Origin: Promethearchaeota archaeon
GTDB lineage: Archaea > Asgardarchaeota > Lokiarchaeia > Sigyniarchaeales > SOKP01
NCBI GenBank assembly: GCA_019894975.1
Contig: JAGXNO010000005.1
Span: 1-64,000, forward strand
Reading direction: 5' to 3'
DNA length: 64,000 nucleotides
The translations under genes were made by a program, and so were the position numbers. The first letter of the stretch is position 1. The number at the start of each line of letters is the position of its first letter. The notes below the pieces were generated by a model. That model did not search any database. It was not told the DNA's origin and saw only the letters and a list, made by a program, of their open reading frames with translations. This document shows positions 38,023-48,515 of this stretch, piece after piece.

Positions 38023-39270
38023 TCACCTCCATTTTCTTCTGGGTTCATCTGACATGACCATCATAGTACACAAATTAAGTGAACCACCCCACCCATGACC
38101 TATTGCGGTATGGACTGTTTTAGGAACTTGGTTACTTGCCTTACCCATTATTTGTAGTGCTGCCACAGCTGGTCTTTCAAGTGCCGAAGCCCCAATTGCA
38201 TTTGTAGAATTGACACCCCCAGAACAACATATAGGTAATTCCCCATTTAAAGCAGTAACCCCATTTTCATACATTCGTGGTGCGGTAGTTTCTTCAAATA
38301 AACCTAATTTTTCAACCCACATGAGTTCTTGGTTCGGAAATGGTGAATATACCTCAGCATAATCAATTTCCTTTCTTGGAAATGAAATACCTGCCTGACG
38401 ATAAGCCACCTCAGAAGATTTCATGGCTCCTAATTGCTCTGATGGGTCAATTTGTGCTGAACCACTTCCAGCATACCCTAGAATTGCTGTTTCATGAGCT
38501 ACACTTGCTACACCATTAACATAAGCAGGGATATCGCACATATCTTTTGCTTTTTCTTCAGTAGTAAATAAAACGGCGCAAGCTCCGTCAGAAGCAGGGC
38601 ATACCATACCGTATCTTAGGGGGAAGGAGATATATGGTGTATCAAGTACCTGTTCGATTGTTAGATCTGGCATTTTTAAATGAGCCCACCATGTTTTCGC
38701 AGCATTACGTCTGTTCTGCACAACTACTCTCGCTAAATCTTCCTCTGTGATTTTTGATTTTTGCATATAATTAGTAGCTTGATAAGCAGCTACTCCTATT
38801 GCGGCTCCTGCTGATAAAAGTCTCCCTACTTGGTCGTATGTCAGCCCTAGATGATTCAATAGGGCAACTTCACCGTAAGCAACATTAGCAAGACCAACGC
38901 TAGTATCTCCTTGAGATTGTTGTTCAAATGCAATTGCTAATACCGTATCAACACCTGGTAATCCTGCAGCTACTGAATAATATCCCGCGATGCCAACTGA
39001 CCCTCCTGTAGTACCTCCTGTAGTGACCCGCATCAAAGGTTTATTTAAAGCTCCGATTGAGTCTGTCATCCATAATTCAGGTAAGTTCGATCCCTCAAAT
39101 CCAGGCATGTTGCCAGTTGCATAAGCATCTATATCTTCGAAACCGACACTAGGGGCGTTTTTCAAACAATCTTTAACAGCTTCACTTACTAATTCTACGA
39201 TATTAACATCTGAGCGTTTAGATGCATGTTCACTAAATCCTGCTGAAGTGATTGCAACTTGTCTTCCCAT
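38023..39270 (-). CDS. SCP2-type thiolase-fold protein, Ltp3-like (no N-terminal catalytic Cys)
   Basis: RVTTGGTTGGS in place of the Cys loop, CPASDGACA, AEVYSPF, SGGVNSTNAIGAS, HGWGG. Confidence 0.8.
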   Translation of the reverse strand: MGRQVAITSAGFSEHASKRSDVNIVELVSEAVKDCLKNAPSVGFEDIDAYATGNMPGFEGSNLPELWMTDSIGALNKPLMRVTTGGTTGGSVGIAGYYSVAAGLPGVDTVLAIAFEQQSQGDTSVGLANVAYGEVALLNHLGLTYDQVGRLLSAGAAIGVAAYQATNYMQKSKITEEDLARVVVQNRRNAAKTWWAHLKMPDLTIEQVLDTPYISFPLRYGMVCPASDGACAVLFTTEEKAKDMCDIPAYVNGVASVAHETAILGYAGSGSAQIDPSEQLGAMKSSEVAYRQAGISFPRKEIDYAEVYSPFPNQELMWVEKLGLFEETTAPRMYENGVTALNGELPICCSGGVNSTNAIGASALERPAVAALQIMGKASNQVPKTVHTAIGHGWGGSLNLCTMMVMSDEPRRKWR

Positions 39271-39272
39271 TT

Positions 39273-40427
39273 TTAATTCTCACCCTCCAAGATATATACA
39301 ATATTATTTTGAGCACACATTCCAATCTGACCGGAAGCGATTGCCTTCTTAGCATCTTTAACTTGGTATCCATCCGCTTCTCCTCTTAATTGCTTTGCAG
39401 CTTCTATAATCCTAATTAATCCAGTTGCACATGGAGGATTACCACCAATAGCACCTCCCGAAGGATTTATAGGGATATCACCACCAATTTCTGAATTCGA
39501 ATCTGTACCTTGACCTACATCTGCTAAACCTAATGATTCAGAAAAAATTACTTCCTCATGGGCATAAGCCTCATAAAATTCTGCTAGGTCAATTTCTTCT
39601 CTAGGATTTTTAATACCTGCCGCTTCATATGCCATTTTTCCTGCTAATTCCATAGATGTGCTCTTAGCTAAATCACGATCTCCAAGATAATATGTTTCTT
39701 GGCTATATCCTACCCCCGTAATCCACACAGGGTTAGGAGTTATTTTTAGCGCTTGTCTTTCAGGAGCTAATAACAATGCCGCAACACCATCACAGGGTTG
39801 TGCAACCATTAGTTCCGTTACCGGATCAGCATATATCTCTGATTCTAATACATCTTTAACAGTAATATTGGCATTTTGGGCTTCCTGCAATGCTAATGGA
39901 TTTTTTGAAGCATTTTTTCTATTTTTAACAGCAATTTTAGCTACATCTTCTATGTTTACTTTATACTTTTCCATGTATGCTCTCATCTGAAATCCTGCTG
40001 CAGTAATATCATTAACATAAGCAACTGGCCTTTCCCATGTTGGGTCGGTTTCATATAGCCGTGCCGCATGATATGGAAAACATGATGCCATACTTCCTCC
40101 CCATACTAAAGCAAGTTTATGATTACCCGAAAGAATACGCATTAACCCATATAATACTGCATGAGCGCCATCCATCTCTACCTTACTCTCATCAGTCATA
40201 TATCCTCCCCCAACTTCAACAGTATAACAGTTTGAAATTGTACGCCCGTCGTAATAGTCGTTTGTGCAAGAAATTGCTGTGGTAATATCTTTTTTCTTTA
40301 AGCCAGCACTATCAATCGCGCCCCTTACAGCTTCAAAAATCATTTCATATCTTCCATAGTTTGCATCCGAATGTAATTTTACTTGATTATAACCTACAAT
40401 ACCTACTTTTTGCATTCTATTCATCAC
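39273..40427 (-). CDS. SCP2-type thiolase-fold protein, Ltp4-like
   Basis: DYYDGR, ESKVEMDGAHA, DGVAALLLA, INPSGGAIGGNPPCATGLIRI. Confidence 0.8.
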   Translation of the reverse strand: MMNRMQKVGIVGYNQVKLHSDANYGRYEMIFEAVRGAIDSAGLKKKDITTAISCTNDYYDGRTISNCYTVEVGGGYMTDESKVEMDGAHAVLYGLMRILSGNHKLALVWGGSMASCFPYHAARLYETDPTWERPVAYVNDITAAGFQMRAYMEKYKVNIEDVAKIAVKNRKNASKNPLALQEAQNANITVKDVLESEIYADPVTELMVAQPCDGVAALLLAPERQALKITPNPVWITGVGYSQETYYLGDRDLAKSTSMELAGKMAYEAAGIKNPREEIDLAEFYEAYAHEEVIFSESLGLADVGQGTDSNSEIGGDIPINPSGGAIGGNPPCATGLIRIIEAAKQLRGEADGYQVKDAKKAIASGQIGMCAQNNIVYILEGEN

Positions 40428-40430
40428 CTC

Positions 40431-40892
40431 TCACATTTTCATAAACCCTTTAATATCAGAAGGGTTTCCTTTAGGTTTTTCATCCCATTCGATTTTAACC
40501 TTCATCCCAATTTTAACCTCTTCTGGTTCTATTTTCAGAAGACGATATACGATTGCCGTGTCACTCCCATCGATTTGAACCATTCCAATTATCTGAGGAT
40601 TTTTTGCTTTTCTAGCTGTTCTATCACTTACTCTATAGTGAGTTATTGTATAATTTTGCAACGTACCTGTATCTGGTAAATTCACCCAATTATTATCAAG
40701 AGGTATTGTTTTATTGCATTCACCGCATATTTTTCTTGGTGGTACAAATACTTTCTCACACTTTGTGCATTTATTTCCTATGATTTTCTTATTTTCAAGA
40801 GAATCATAGAATTTATCCATATAAAGACCAACCCAGAAGGAGAAATCGGCTCTTACAAAACCTTTAGTTGTAACGACTAACTTTTCTGTCAT
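40431..40892 (-). CDS. DUF35 Zn-ribbon/OB-fold protein
   Basis: CTKC..VFVPPRKICGEC, IDGSDT, VKIGMKVKIEW. Confidence 0.88.
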   Translation of the reverse strand: MTEKLVVTTKGFVRADFSFWVGLYMDKFYDSLENKKIIGNKCTKCEKVFVPPRKICGECNKTIPLDNNWVNLPDTGTLQNYTITHYRVSDRTARKAKNPQIIGMVQIDGSDTAIVYRLLKIEPEEVKIGMKVKIEWDEKPKGNPSDIKGFMKM

Positions 40893-41015
40893 AATATTTC
40901 ATTTTTATTATTGAAAATTTCGATATAATTATTATTATGATGTACATGTTTAAAATATTAATTTTAAAAAAAGAATTAATAAACAATAAAAATGTAGAAT
41001 GAGATTTAGTATGGC

Positions 41016-41891
41016 CTATCTTTTGTATTTAAGCATAAAATCAATTAATTCTGAATTTCTCTTAAAGACTTTTAACTGATCTTTTTTAAGATGTTCACTT
41101 GCGATTGTTTTACACTCTTTTAACTCAATCTCTCTTTCCCCAATTGCTTCGCTTAGGACAGGTAAAAAATCACATAAAGTATGTACTTCTAACACTCTCC
41201 CTTTATATTTTTTCCTCGCTAAATCACTTACAAGAAATAGATAAACTGGTGAAATAAATTCTGGGGGAACAGTAATCGGCATTTGTTGTCCCCATTCTCT
41301 TAAATCCTCTGCCATTTTAGTTTCTACTCCTGCAGGGGTCACAACATTTACATTAATACCGTAAGGTTTTAACTCTGCACTCAAACACTTTCCCATTGCT
41401 GCCACAGCCGCTTTGGAAGCAGAATATGCCACTTTTTTTGGAGGAAAATAAACATTCCCGTTAACAGAAGACGTCATTACTATGCTTCCGCTTTTTTGCT
41501 CTATCATTTTCGGTAGTACTTCCTTTGATAAAGCATAATAACTCATAATATTGAGATTAAACAATTTTTGAGCATATTCAATAGGAGTATCAACCACAGA
41601 GGACATATGCGTCAAGCCTGCATTATTAACCAATATGTCAATGGTATCAAAATTTTCAAAATATTGCTTTGCACATTCCTTAACACCATCCAATGTTGAC
41701 AGATCTACCGGTATTGCAAATCCTTTAACCCCAAATTTCTCTATTTCTTGGACCGTATTATCTAATTGCTCTTTTGTTCGGGAGCAAACTGCTACATTGG
41801 CTCCATTTATAGCAAAATCAAGAGCTACTTCCCTTCCAATACCACGCCCTCCTCCAGTAACTAGAGCATTCTTACCTTTAAGTAATTTCAT
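41016..41891 (-). CDS. SDR oxidoreductase
   Basis: TGGGRGIG, NNAG, YSASK. Confidence 0.92.
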   Translation of the reverse strand: MKLLKGKNALVTGGGRGIGREVALDFAINGANVAVCSRTKEQLDNTVQEIEKFGVKGFAIPVDLSTLDGVKECAKQYFENFDTIDILVNNAGLTHMSSVVDTPIEYAQKLFNLNIMSYYALSKEVLPKMIEQKSGSIVMTSSVNGNVYFPPKKVAYSASKAAVAAMGKCLSAELKPYGINVNVVTPAGVETKMAEDLREWGQQMPITVPPEFISPVYLFLVSDLARKKYKGRVLEVHTLCDFLPVLSEAIGEREIELKECKTIASEHLKKDQLKVFKRNSELIDFMLKYKR

Positions 41892-42083
41892 CTATTTTTT
41901 CACTCTTTCTCAATCTAATACAAAAATTATTGGATTAAACTTATTTTTATATCTTTGTTTAAAAATTTTAGTTTGCTAACTATATTCAGTTTCATCTAAG
42001 AAAAATTTTAGGAGAAAATACTATTTAAAATTATAAACATTATCAGAAAGATAATTAAAATTTTATAATGAAGTGACTTAAAA

Positions 42084-42959
42084 ATGGTAAATGATCTTTC
42101 AAATAAGTTAGTGATAAGTGCCGCATTAGCAGGTTCTATGACTATGAAAAGCCAAAATCCTGCAGTTCCTTATACACCTGAAGAATTTGGGGAAGAAGCA
42201 AAAAAATGTTTCGATGCTGGAGCTACAACAGTACACATCCATGCAAGAGATCCAGCAACGGGATTTTCTACTCCTGATTTAGATCGTATAAGAGCCGTTG
42301 TGAGTGCTATTCATGATAAAGCACCAGAAATAATAATAAATATAACAAGTTCTGTAGGTGCTACAGTTGAACAAAGAGTTGCTCCTACGAAGACATTTAA
42401 ACCATTATTAGCCTCACTTAATACTAATTCAATGAACTTTAGCTTAGGTAATTTCAAAACAGGTGAGGTTGTAGCAAATGCAGATGGTGTATTTAGGAAT
42501 ACATTTCATATAATTCAAATACTCTCTAAAGCTATGAAAGAAGCTAAAACTAAACCAGAATTAGAAATCTATGATTTTGGTGGTTTATACAATATCCTTT
42601 TCCTTGACAAACAAGAAGGGTTATTTGAGCATCCTCTTCATTTTCAGTTTGTTTTTGGAGCCTTGGGTGGTGTCCCATTTGCTCTTCAAAATTTAGCTGG
42701 TTTTCTTAATTTAATGCCCTCTGATTCATCATGGAGTGTATGTGGTGTAGCAAAGGACCAATTTAAAGCCGGATTATGTGCAGCAGCAATGGGAGGACAC
42801 ATACGTGTAGGATTGGAAGATAATATTAGGATGCCAGATGGGGGGAAAGCTAAAGGATCTTGGGAACAAGTAGAATGGGCAGTAAAAGTAACAAAACTAG
42901 CAGGACGAGAAGTAGCTACACCAGATGAGACTCGAAAAATCTTTAATTTGTTACAATAA
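42084..42959 (+). CDS. Beta-keto acid cleavage enzyme (3-keto-5-aminohexanoate cleavage family)
   Basis: NPAVPYTPEE, VHIHARD, PELEIYD, GGHIRVGLEDN, ATPDETR. Confidence 0.9.
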   Translation: MVNDLSNKLVISAALAGSMTMKSQNPAVPYTPEEFGEEAKKCFDAGATTVHIHARDPATGFSTPDLDRIRAVVSAIHDKAPEIIINITSSVGATVEQRVAPTKTFKPLLASLNTNSMNFSLGNFKTGEVVANADGVFRNTFHIIQILSKAMKEAKTKPELEIYDFGGLYNILFLDKQEGLFEHPLHFQFVFGALGGVPFALQNLAGFLNLMPSDSSWSVCGVAKDQFKAGLCAAAMGGHIRVGLEDNIRMPDGGKAKGSWEQVEWAVKVTKLAGREVATPDETRKIFNLLQ

Positions 42960-43094
42960 TTTGTTATAATTTGCTATTTTACTGGAGAGTACTTTTTATA
43001 ATTACTTTTTAATCCAGTATAAGATGAAATCCTCTATGAGTGTGTATCACATAAAATCAAGAATAATAGAAAAAATAAAAAAAAAATAAAATTT

Positions 43095-43688
43095 TTAGAA
43101 TGTAAATCCTTCAGGTAACTCTGATTCAGGCGTTCCTTCTGGAACAAACATTAAATCCATAATTGTATACGTTGGAGCTTTTGTTCGAAAGATAGGGACA
43201 ACTATATTCCCAATTTCAGGCTCCCCCACAGCAAGAACACTCATAAGAATGGTAACTACCTCTTTATCAAATTCAACATTAATGAATTTTATTGGTAGTG
43301 GGAGTGAGTTGAAAGCCCCAGATCGATGAGTTACGATAAAAGAATGGATAGTTGCAGGTTTATCGGATATATCAATAGGTGTTGCTCTTCTCAGGCAATC
43401 AGGACAAAAAATTCTAAAAGGCTCATAAATAGAACCTTTTGTTTCGCATTTATCATTATCACATCTTGAAGCAATGAGTTTACCTTTCCCCAGAGATTCA
43501 AAAAATATAGCTTCACTACCGTAAGAGTGTATATAGGTCATATCACGTGGATTGGTTACACCTGCTAACTTTCCGGTATCCTTGTTAATAATTGGTTGAT
43601 TTGCTTCTGGTACGTGAAATGTTCCTCTTGGCTTGTATCTACCATTGATGATATCAACAAAACCTTTCTCATTTTCATTTTTCACCAT
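43095..43688 (-). CDS. DUF35-like Zn-ribbon/OB-fold protein
   Basis: CDNDKC...FCPDC, NVEF, EPEIG..VVPIF; directly after a thiolase. Confidence 0.78.
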   Translation of the reverse strand: MVKNENEKGFVDIINGRYKPRGTFHVPEANQPIINKDTGKLAGVTNPRDMTYIHSYGSEAIFFESLGKGKLIASRCDNDKCETKGSIYEPFRIFCPDCLRRATPIDISDKPATIHSFIVTHRSGAFNSLPLPIKFINVEFDKEVVTILMSVLAVGEPEIGNIVVPIFRTKAPTYTIMDLMFVPEGTPESELPEGFTF

Positions 43689-43690
43689 AA

Positions 43691-45112
43691 TTAGTCCTCC
43701 TTTATTAAATTATTTGGATCCATTAAAATAGTACAAGTTACATGGGAACCTACTCCTGCATGGCTTATAGCTAAACCTCTTTTTGCTCCTTTAACTTGTA
43801 AACTCTCCCAATCTTTAGGTTTTTCTCTTCCAAAAGCTTTCCATTTCTCCTCAGGTTCATGGATTTCATCCCAACGATTCCAGATATGATAACCAATCTC
43901 TGCTATTTGCATTAAGCCTGTTGCTCCTACAGCATGCATACATCCTATTAATCCACCACATGGGTTACTAGGTAGTTTTCCCGGTTTCTTTGTTTTTGGG
44001 TTTATAACATAGGCATCTCCGCTTTCGATATATGTTCTTCCATCTCCATAAGGTCTTATTCCAATATCTTCATACGTTTGAATATCACTAATAGTAAAAG
44101 CATCATGAAGCTCAACTACATCTAGATCTTCACTAGGATCTTTCACACCAGCCATATTATAAGCATAGTAAGCAGACATCCTAGCAGCTAAGAAACTTGT
44201 AAATCCTGGATATCGATCTCCTCCTGGAAATCTTTTACCTAAATCATCATATTGACCTTTTGTTTCATTAGGTAATAGTGGAATTTTCATATCACGACGA
44301 TCAGCTACTCTTAAAGTATGACTCCCCGCTGCAATGTAAATCCTCAATGGTTTATCTGTAATTTCATATGCGGTTTTTTCATCGCACACTATTCCGCAAG
44401 CAGAACCAACACTCATTAAACAACAATCTAAGGCACGGAGAGGAAATGCAACTATAGGAGAGTTTTTTACATCATCTATGGTTATTTTCATGGGTCCCTG
44501 AGCGTGAGGATTCATTCTGGCATAACCTCGATTTTTTACTGCTATTTCTGCCATAGTGTCCCTAAAAGAATCTTCTTCCTTCCCAAAAACTTTCCAGTAT
44601 CGTTGAGCCATGACGGCATAATATCCTGTATAAATATGGCCGAGAGGTGTTTCCCAATCTTTATCTGCTGCAGCCGATATAAGATGGTTTCCCTCATCTG
44701 TTGGTACTTCATCCATCCGCTCCCATCCTAATGCCAGAGTACAATCACTATATCCAGATGCCACGGCTTTCACAGCTTCCCACATAGCAGAACCTCCTGT
44801 AGCACCCCCTGTCTTTACACCAACATTTCCTAACGGATCCAATCCGAGTCTATCATGAATTACTGCTTCCCCAAGTAGTTGATCTCCAAAATGATCAGCA
44901 AAATGGCCATAATAACAAGTATGAATATATTGTTTTAATTCGCTTGGAGTCATTTTGACAAAATCCGCTGCTGCTGTTAATGCATCAACACATAGTTCTT
45001 CTGTTCGAGTCTCTGGAAAGGCTCTATCAAATTTTGACATTCCCACCGTAGCTAAGTACACAGGTCGCATTAATTTTGGTATTTTTAATTGTTTTTCGCT
45101 AAATTTAATCAT
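43691..45112 (-). CDS. Thiolase-fold protein lacking the N-terminal nucleophilic Cys
   Basis: KTGGATGG, DCCLMSVG, VVELHDAF, NPCGGLIGCMHAVGATG, HAGVG. Confidence 0.85.
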   Translation of the reverse strand: MIKFSEKQLKIPKLMRPVYLATVGMSKFDRAFPETRTEELCVDALTAAADFVKMTPSELKQYIHTCYYGHFADHFGDQLLGEAVIHDRLGLDPLGNVGVKTGGATGGSAMWEAVKAVASGYSDCTLALGWERMDEVPTDEGNHLISAAADKDWETPLGHIYTGYYAVMAQRYWKVFGKEEDSFRDTMAEIAVKNRGYARMNPHAQGPMKITIDDVKNSPIVAFPLRALDCCLMSVGSACGIVCDEKTAYEITDKPLRIYIAAGSHTLRVADRRDMKIPLLPNETKGQYDDLGKRFPGGDRYPGFTSFLAARMSAYYAYNMAGVKDPSEDLDVVELHDAFTISDIQTYEDIGIRPYGDGRTYIESGDAYVINPKTKKPGKLPSNPCGGLIGCMHAVGATGLMQIAEIGYHIWNRWDEIHEPEEKWKAFGREKPKDWESLQVKGAKRGLAISHAGVGSHVTCTILMDPNNLIKED

Positions 45113-45422
45113 ATTGTTTTCACTTCTTAGAATTTCGATTTATGTGTAAATTTAGAATTTTGTTTTCTAATAAATTTAATATTTTATTGTTATGTTTTAT
45201 TTTGATTAAAAGATTTCTAATTAAAACAGTTGAATTCTAGTGGGAATAAAATCCTATTTCAGATAAAAAGAGAATCTCTGAATATAGTTCTTGTATGAAT
45301 AAAGACTCTAAATCAAATCTATTTTTTAAACAATGTACCATTTATGGATAATGTTAATTTTAAATTCATGTTCAAATAATAAAGTATAATTTTCAAAATT
45401 ACAGATAATCGAATGATATATT

Positions 45423-46757
45423 ATGGATACCAGAATAAGTGAGTTTGAGAAAATCCAGATCCAACGATACGTTCCAGAGTTGGATTTATTAAGCAATCCT
45501 ATATTAAATGCTAAAGAGAAGGAATTCTTAGCAGATCTATATGATTTTATGGAGAAAGAACTTGATCCTGAATTAAGAAAATTGGAGGACCTAAATTATT
45601 TCGTTGAGGAACCAACTCAAGAGCAGAAAAAAGAAATTGTAGTTAATATAATGAAAAAGTTAGCGGAAAATGGATATTATTCAACCATACTTAACACTGA
45701 GAATTATGAAGTTGGGAGAATAACTCGAAATGCCCTCATAGCTTTCGCAATATGTGGTGGTCGATGGAGTGAATATAGTGAAAAATACATAGCTGGGAAC
45801 TACAGTATAGAAATGGGAAGATTATCAGGTGGAACTCTTTATTGCAATCCTGTAAGTTATGCTTCTGATGAGATTCAAAAAGAGAGATTCTTACACCCAG
45901 TGGCTAAAAACGGTCAAATTGGAGCTTCAGCTATGACTGAATTTAATGCAGGTTCAGATATCTTTAGAATGGAAATGAGATTACATGAAAGAGGTAATAA
46001 GTTAATTGCAAAGGGCAAGAAACTTTTTATTACAAACGGGATGATTGCAGATTTCATAGTTTTATATGGAAGGTTAGATAACGGACAATTAGGTGCTGTG
46101 GTTGTTGATACAAATCATCAGAAATTGAAAAACTTTAGGAGTACTAGAGTAAGAACTTATGGGATGACAGATGCGTTTGTAAGTCGTTTAAGTTTTGATA
46201 GAGTTGAACTTCCTAAGGAAAATATGCTTCATGGTCATGGACTTGATATAGCATTTCACCAATTAACTGAAGAAAGATTAGTTATTAGTGCTGAAGCACT
46301 AGGAGACGCCATGAAAAAACTCCTTTATTCTCATGCATATGCACTCCAACGTATGCAATTTGATAAAAGATTACACCAATATCAGGTAATTCGTTTTCCG
46401 ATCTCTCAAAAAATTCGTGAATTAAATTTAATGCTTTCAGCTTTAATCCAATATGCAAGACAGATGGATGAACACCCAGAACTAGGAGGTTCCAAATTAA
46501 TGGCTGCTAATGCAATGGGATTAAAAATCAGTTCAACTGAATTAGGATTTGAAAGTGCTATTCATTGTTTCAGAACCTTAGGTGGACGGGGGTTCACTCG
46601 ACAATATGCCAATGAAATAGGATTGTTAGATCCTTATTGTATGCTTCATGGAGGGGGATCTAATTATGTTTTAGAGGATAGTGAATCTCGTCGATTCTTT
46701 AAACATAAACCTACCAGAAGAGAGGGTGAGGATATTATTCCTAAAATAGACTATTAA
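45423..46757 (+). CDS. Acyl-CoA dehydrogenase
   Basis: AMTEFNAGSD, KKLFITNG, RMQFD...YQVI, LGGRGF. Confidence 0.9.
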   Translation: MDTRISEFEKIQIQRYVPELDLLSNPILNAKEKEFLADLYDFMEKELDPELRKLEDLNYFVEEPTQEQKKEIVVNIMKKLAENGYYSTILNTENYEVGRITRNALIAFAICGGRWSEYSEKYIAGNYSIEMGRLSGGTLYCNPVSYASDEIQKERFLHPVAKNGQIGASAMTEFNAGSDIFRMEMRLHERGNKLIAKGKKLFITNGMIADFIVLYGRLDNGQLGAVVVDTNHQKLKNFRSTRVRTYGMTDAFVSRLSFDRVELPKENMLHGHGLDIAFHQLTEERLVISAEALGDAMKKLLYSHAYALQRMQFDKRLHQYQVIRFPISQKIRELNLMLSALIQYARQMDEHPELGGSKLMAANAMGLKISSTELGFESAIHCFRTLGGRGFTRQYANEIGLLDPYCMLHGGGSNYVLEDSESRRFFKHKPTRREGEDIIPKIDY

Positions 46758-46885
46758 AGAAGATCTTTTGGAAGCTAATTAGATTTACTTTTTTCTTTAA
46801 ATTATTTATTTCTAATGGATTTTAGTTTTATTATAAACCTTAAGAGAATAAATTATTAAATACTATATCCTAATTATTATAGATA

Positions 46886-47863
46886 ATGGCTTCTCACAAC
46901 TCTCTAACTTTTGATGTCACTGATTTGGTGGAACAATATCGCGGTATGAAATTAGAGGAAATATATCAAGAAAATCATCAGATAAGAGCAAACGCCATGG
47001 GAACGTTCATGGAATTAATATGGGAAGAAGATGATTTTCCTTGTAGCTTGAAGCTACATCAAACTAGAAAAAAGCTGCTTTATAACCTCAAAACAGTTCA
47101 TTACATTGGAGAATTTGTAGAAAATAGGTTAAAAGGTAGAGGTATAAGAACATTAAAAGATTTAAGGTTTTTAAATTTAAAGTATAGTACTTCTGCTAAC
47201 TCTCTTTTAAAGTTAATTGATCAAAAGGATTTTAATGCCTTGAAAAATAATAAATACATTGACGATTTAGATGTAAGCTTCTGTTTTGAGGTAGAAGATC
47301 TACTCTTTCTTGATATTGAAACCTTAGGTTTATTTAACAACGCAATAATTATTTTAGGGATTGGTTTTTTTAGAAATACGAAATACGAGATTCATTTATT
47401 TTTTGCTCGGAGCCTTGAAGAGGAAATCGCAATCTGTGAACACTTGAGAACGGAAATTCTTCCTCATTTTAAGTGTTTCGTTTCTTATAATGGAAAACGT
47501 TTTGATATCCCTTACATAGCAAATCGTTTCCTCTATTACTTTGATGAAAATCCCATGATCTCAAAAGAAGATATCCCTTATGAGGTAAATAATACTCAAT
47601 TTCATCATATAGATCTTTATCACATAGCTCGAAAAAGACTCAAAGGAATGTTTGAAAGGTTTACTCTTACGAACATTGAAGAAGAACTTCTTGATATGAG
47701 GAGAGAAAATGAGCTTCCGAGTTCAATGGTTCCATTGTGTTATAAAAAGTATCAAGCAAACCCCGGAAGATACATTGGATTAGTTAAAGAATGCATTGAA
47801 CATAATTACTATGACGTTTATTCAATGCCATTAATCTTCCAAAAACTGCTGAATACAAAATAA
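46886..47863 (+). CDS. RNase H-like (YprB/RNase_H_2) predicted exonuclease
   Basis: FLDIETLGL, SYNGKRFDIPY, HIDLY, EHNYYDV. Confidence 0.85.
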   Translation: MASHNSLTFDVTDLVEQYRGMKLEEIYQENHQIRANAMGTFMELIWEEDDFPCSLKLHQTRKKLLYNLKTVHYIGEFVENRLKGRGIRTLKDLRFLNLKYSTSANSLLKLIDQKDFNALKNNKYIDDLDVSFCFEVEDLLFLDIETLGLFNNAIIILGIGFFRNTKYEIHLFFARSLEEEIAICEHLRTEILPHFKCFVSYNGKRFDIPYIANRFLYYFDENPMISKEDIPYEVNNTQFHHIDLYHIARKRLKGMFERFTLTNIEEELLDMRRENELPSSMVPLCYKKYQANPGRYIGLVKECIEHNYYDVYSMPLIFQKLLNTK

Positions 47864-47930
47864 AAGAACCTAATTAGCGAATTCGAGCATTAAAATTATA
47901 GTGCTATAGAAAAGTAGAAAATTTTTGAAT

Positions 47931-48314
47931 TTAATTTTTTAAAATATGTTCAACTATCTTAGAAACTTCATCATCTTTAAAAGGTTTTGTAATATATTCT
48001 TTTGCTCCTTTCTCCATAGCCTCAGCAACTGAGAGTTCTTGGCCCATCGCACTAACAACCACAATCTTTGCAGATTTATCAATTTTCATTATGGCGTCAA
48101 TTGCTTGAAGTCCATCATAATTAGGCATTACTAGATCCATAGTTACTAAATCTGGTTTTAGATCTTTATATAAGGAAACAGCATCTTCTCCATTTGAGGC
48201 TTCTCCTACGACTTCAGCAAATTTAATCTTATCTATTATTTTTTTAAGTCTATTTCTTACGTAGGTAGCATCATCAACAATTAATATCTTCTTCATCGAC
48301 ATTTTTGCTAACAA
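47931..48314 (-). CDS. Stand-alone CheY-like response regulator
   Basis: ILIVDD, PDLVTMDLVMP, VSA, YITKPF; the true start is probably one of the downstream ATGs. Confidence 0.92.
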   Translation of the reverse strand: MLAKMSMKKILIVDDATYVRNRLKKIIDKIKFAEVVGEASNGEDAVSLYKDLKPDLVTMDLVMPNYDGLQAIDAIMKIDKSAKIVVVSAMGQELSVAEAMEKGAKEYITKPFKDDEVSKIVEHILKN

Positions 48315-48515
48315 CCTTTATTGATAATAATTAGCGTATTAAGACTTTAAATTAGTAAAAGAACTTTTTTATAAACTTATCTTATAGCTAAAAATTACGT
48401 TATACTAATTAGTACATGGAATGAAAAATTGAATTTAACATCAGAAAATACAATAGAACTCATTTAATATAGTTGATTAAAGTAAGTTTAATTACAAAAT
48501 AATCACTTTACAATT

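Noticed and set aside
47931-48314. Chemotaxis locus
   Set aside because: Only a lone receiver domain is present, with no cheA/cheW/MCP or archaellum genes in the window.
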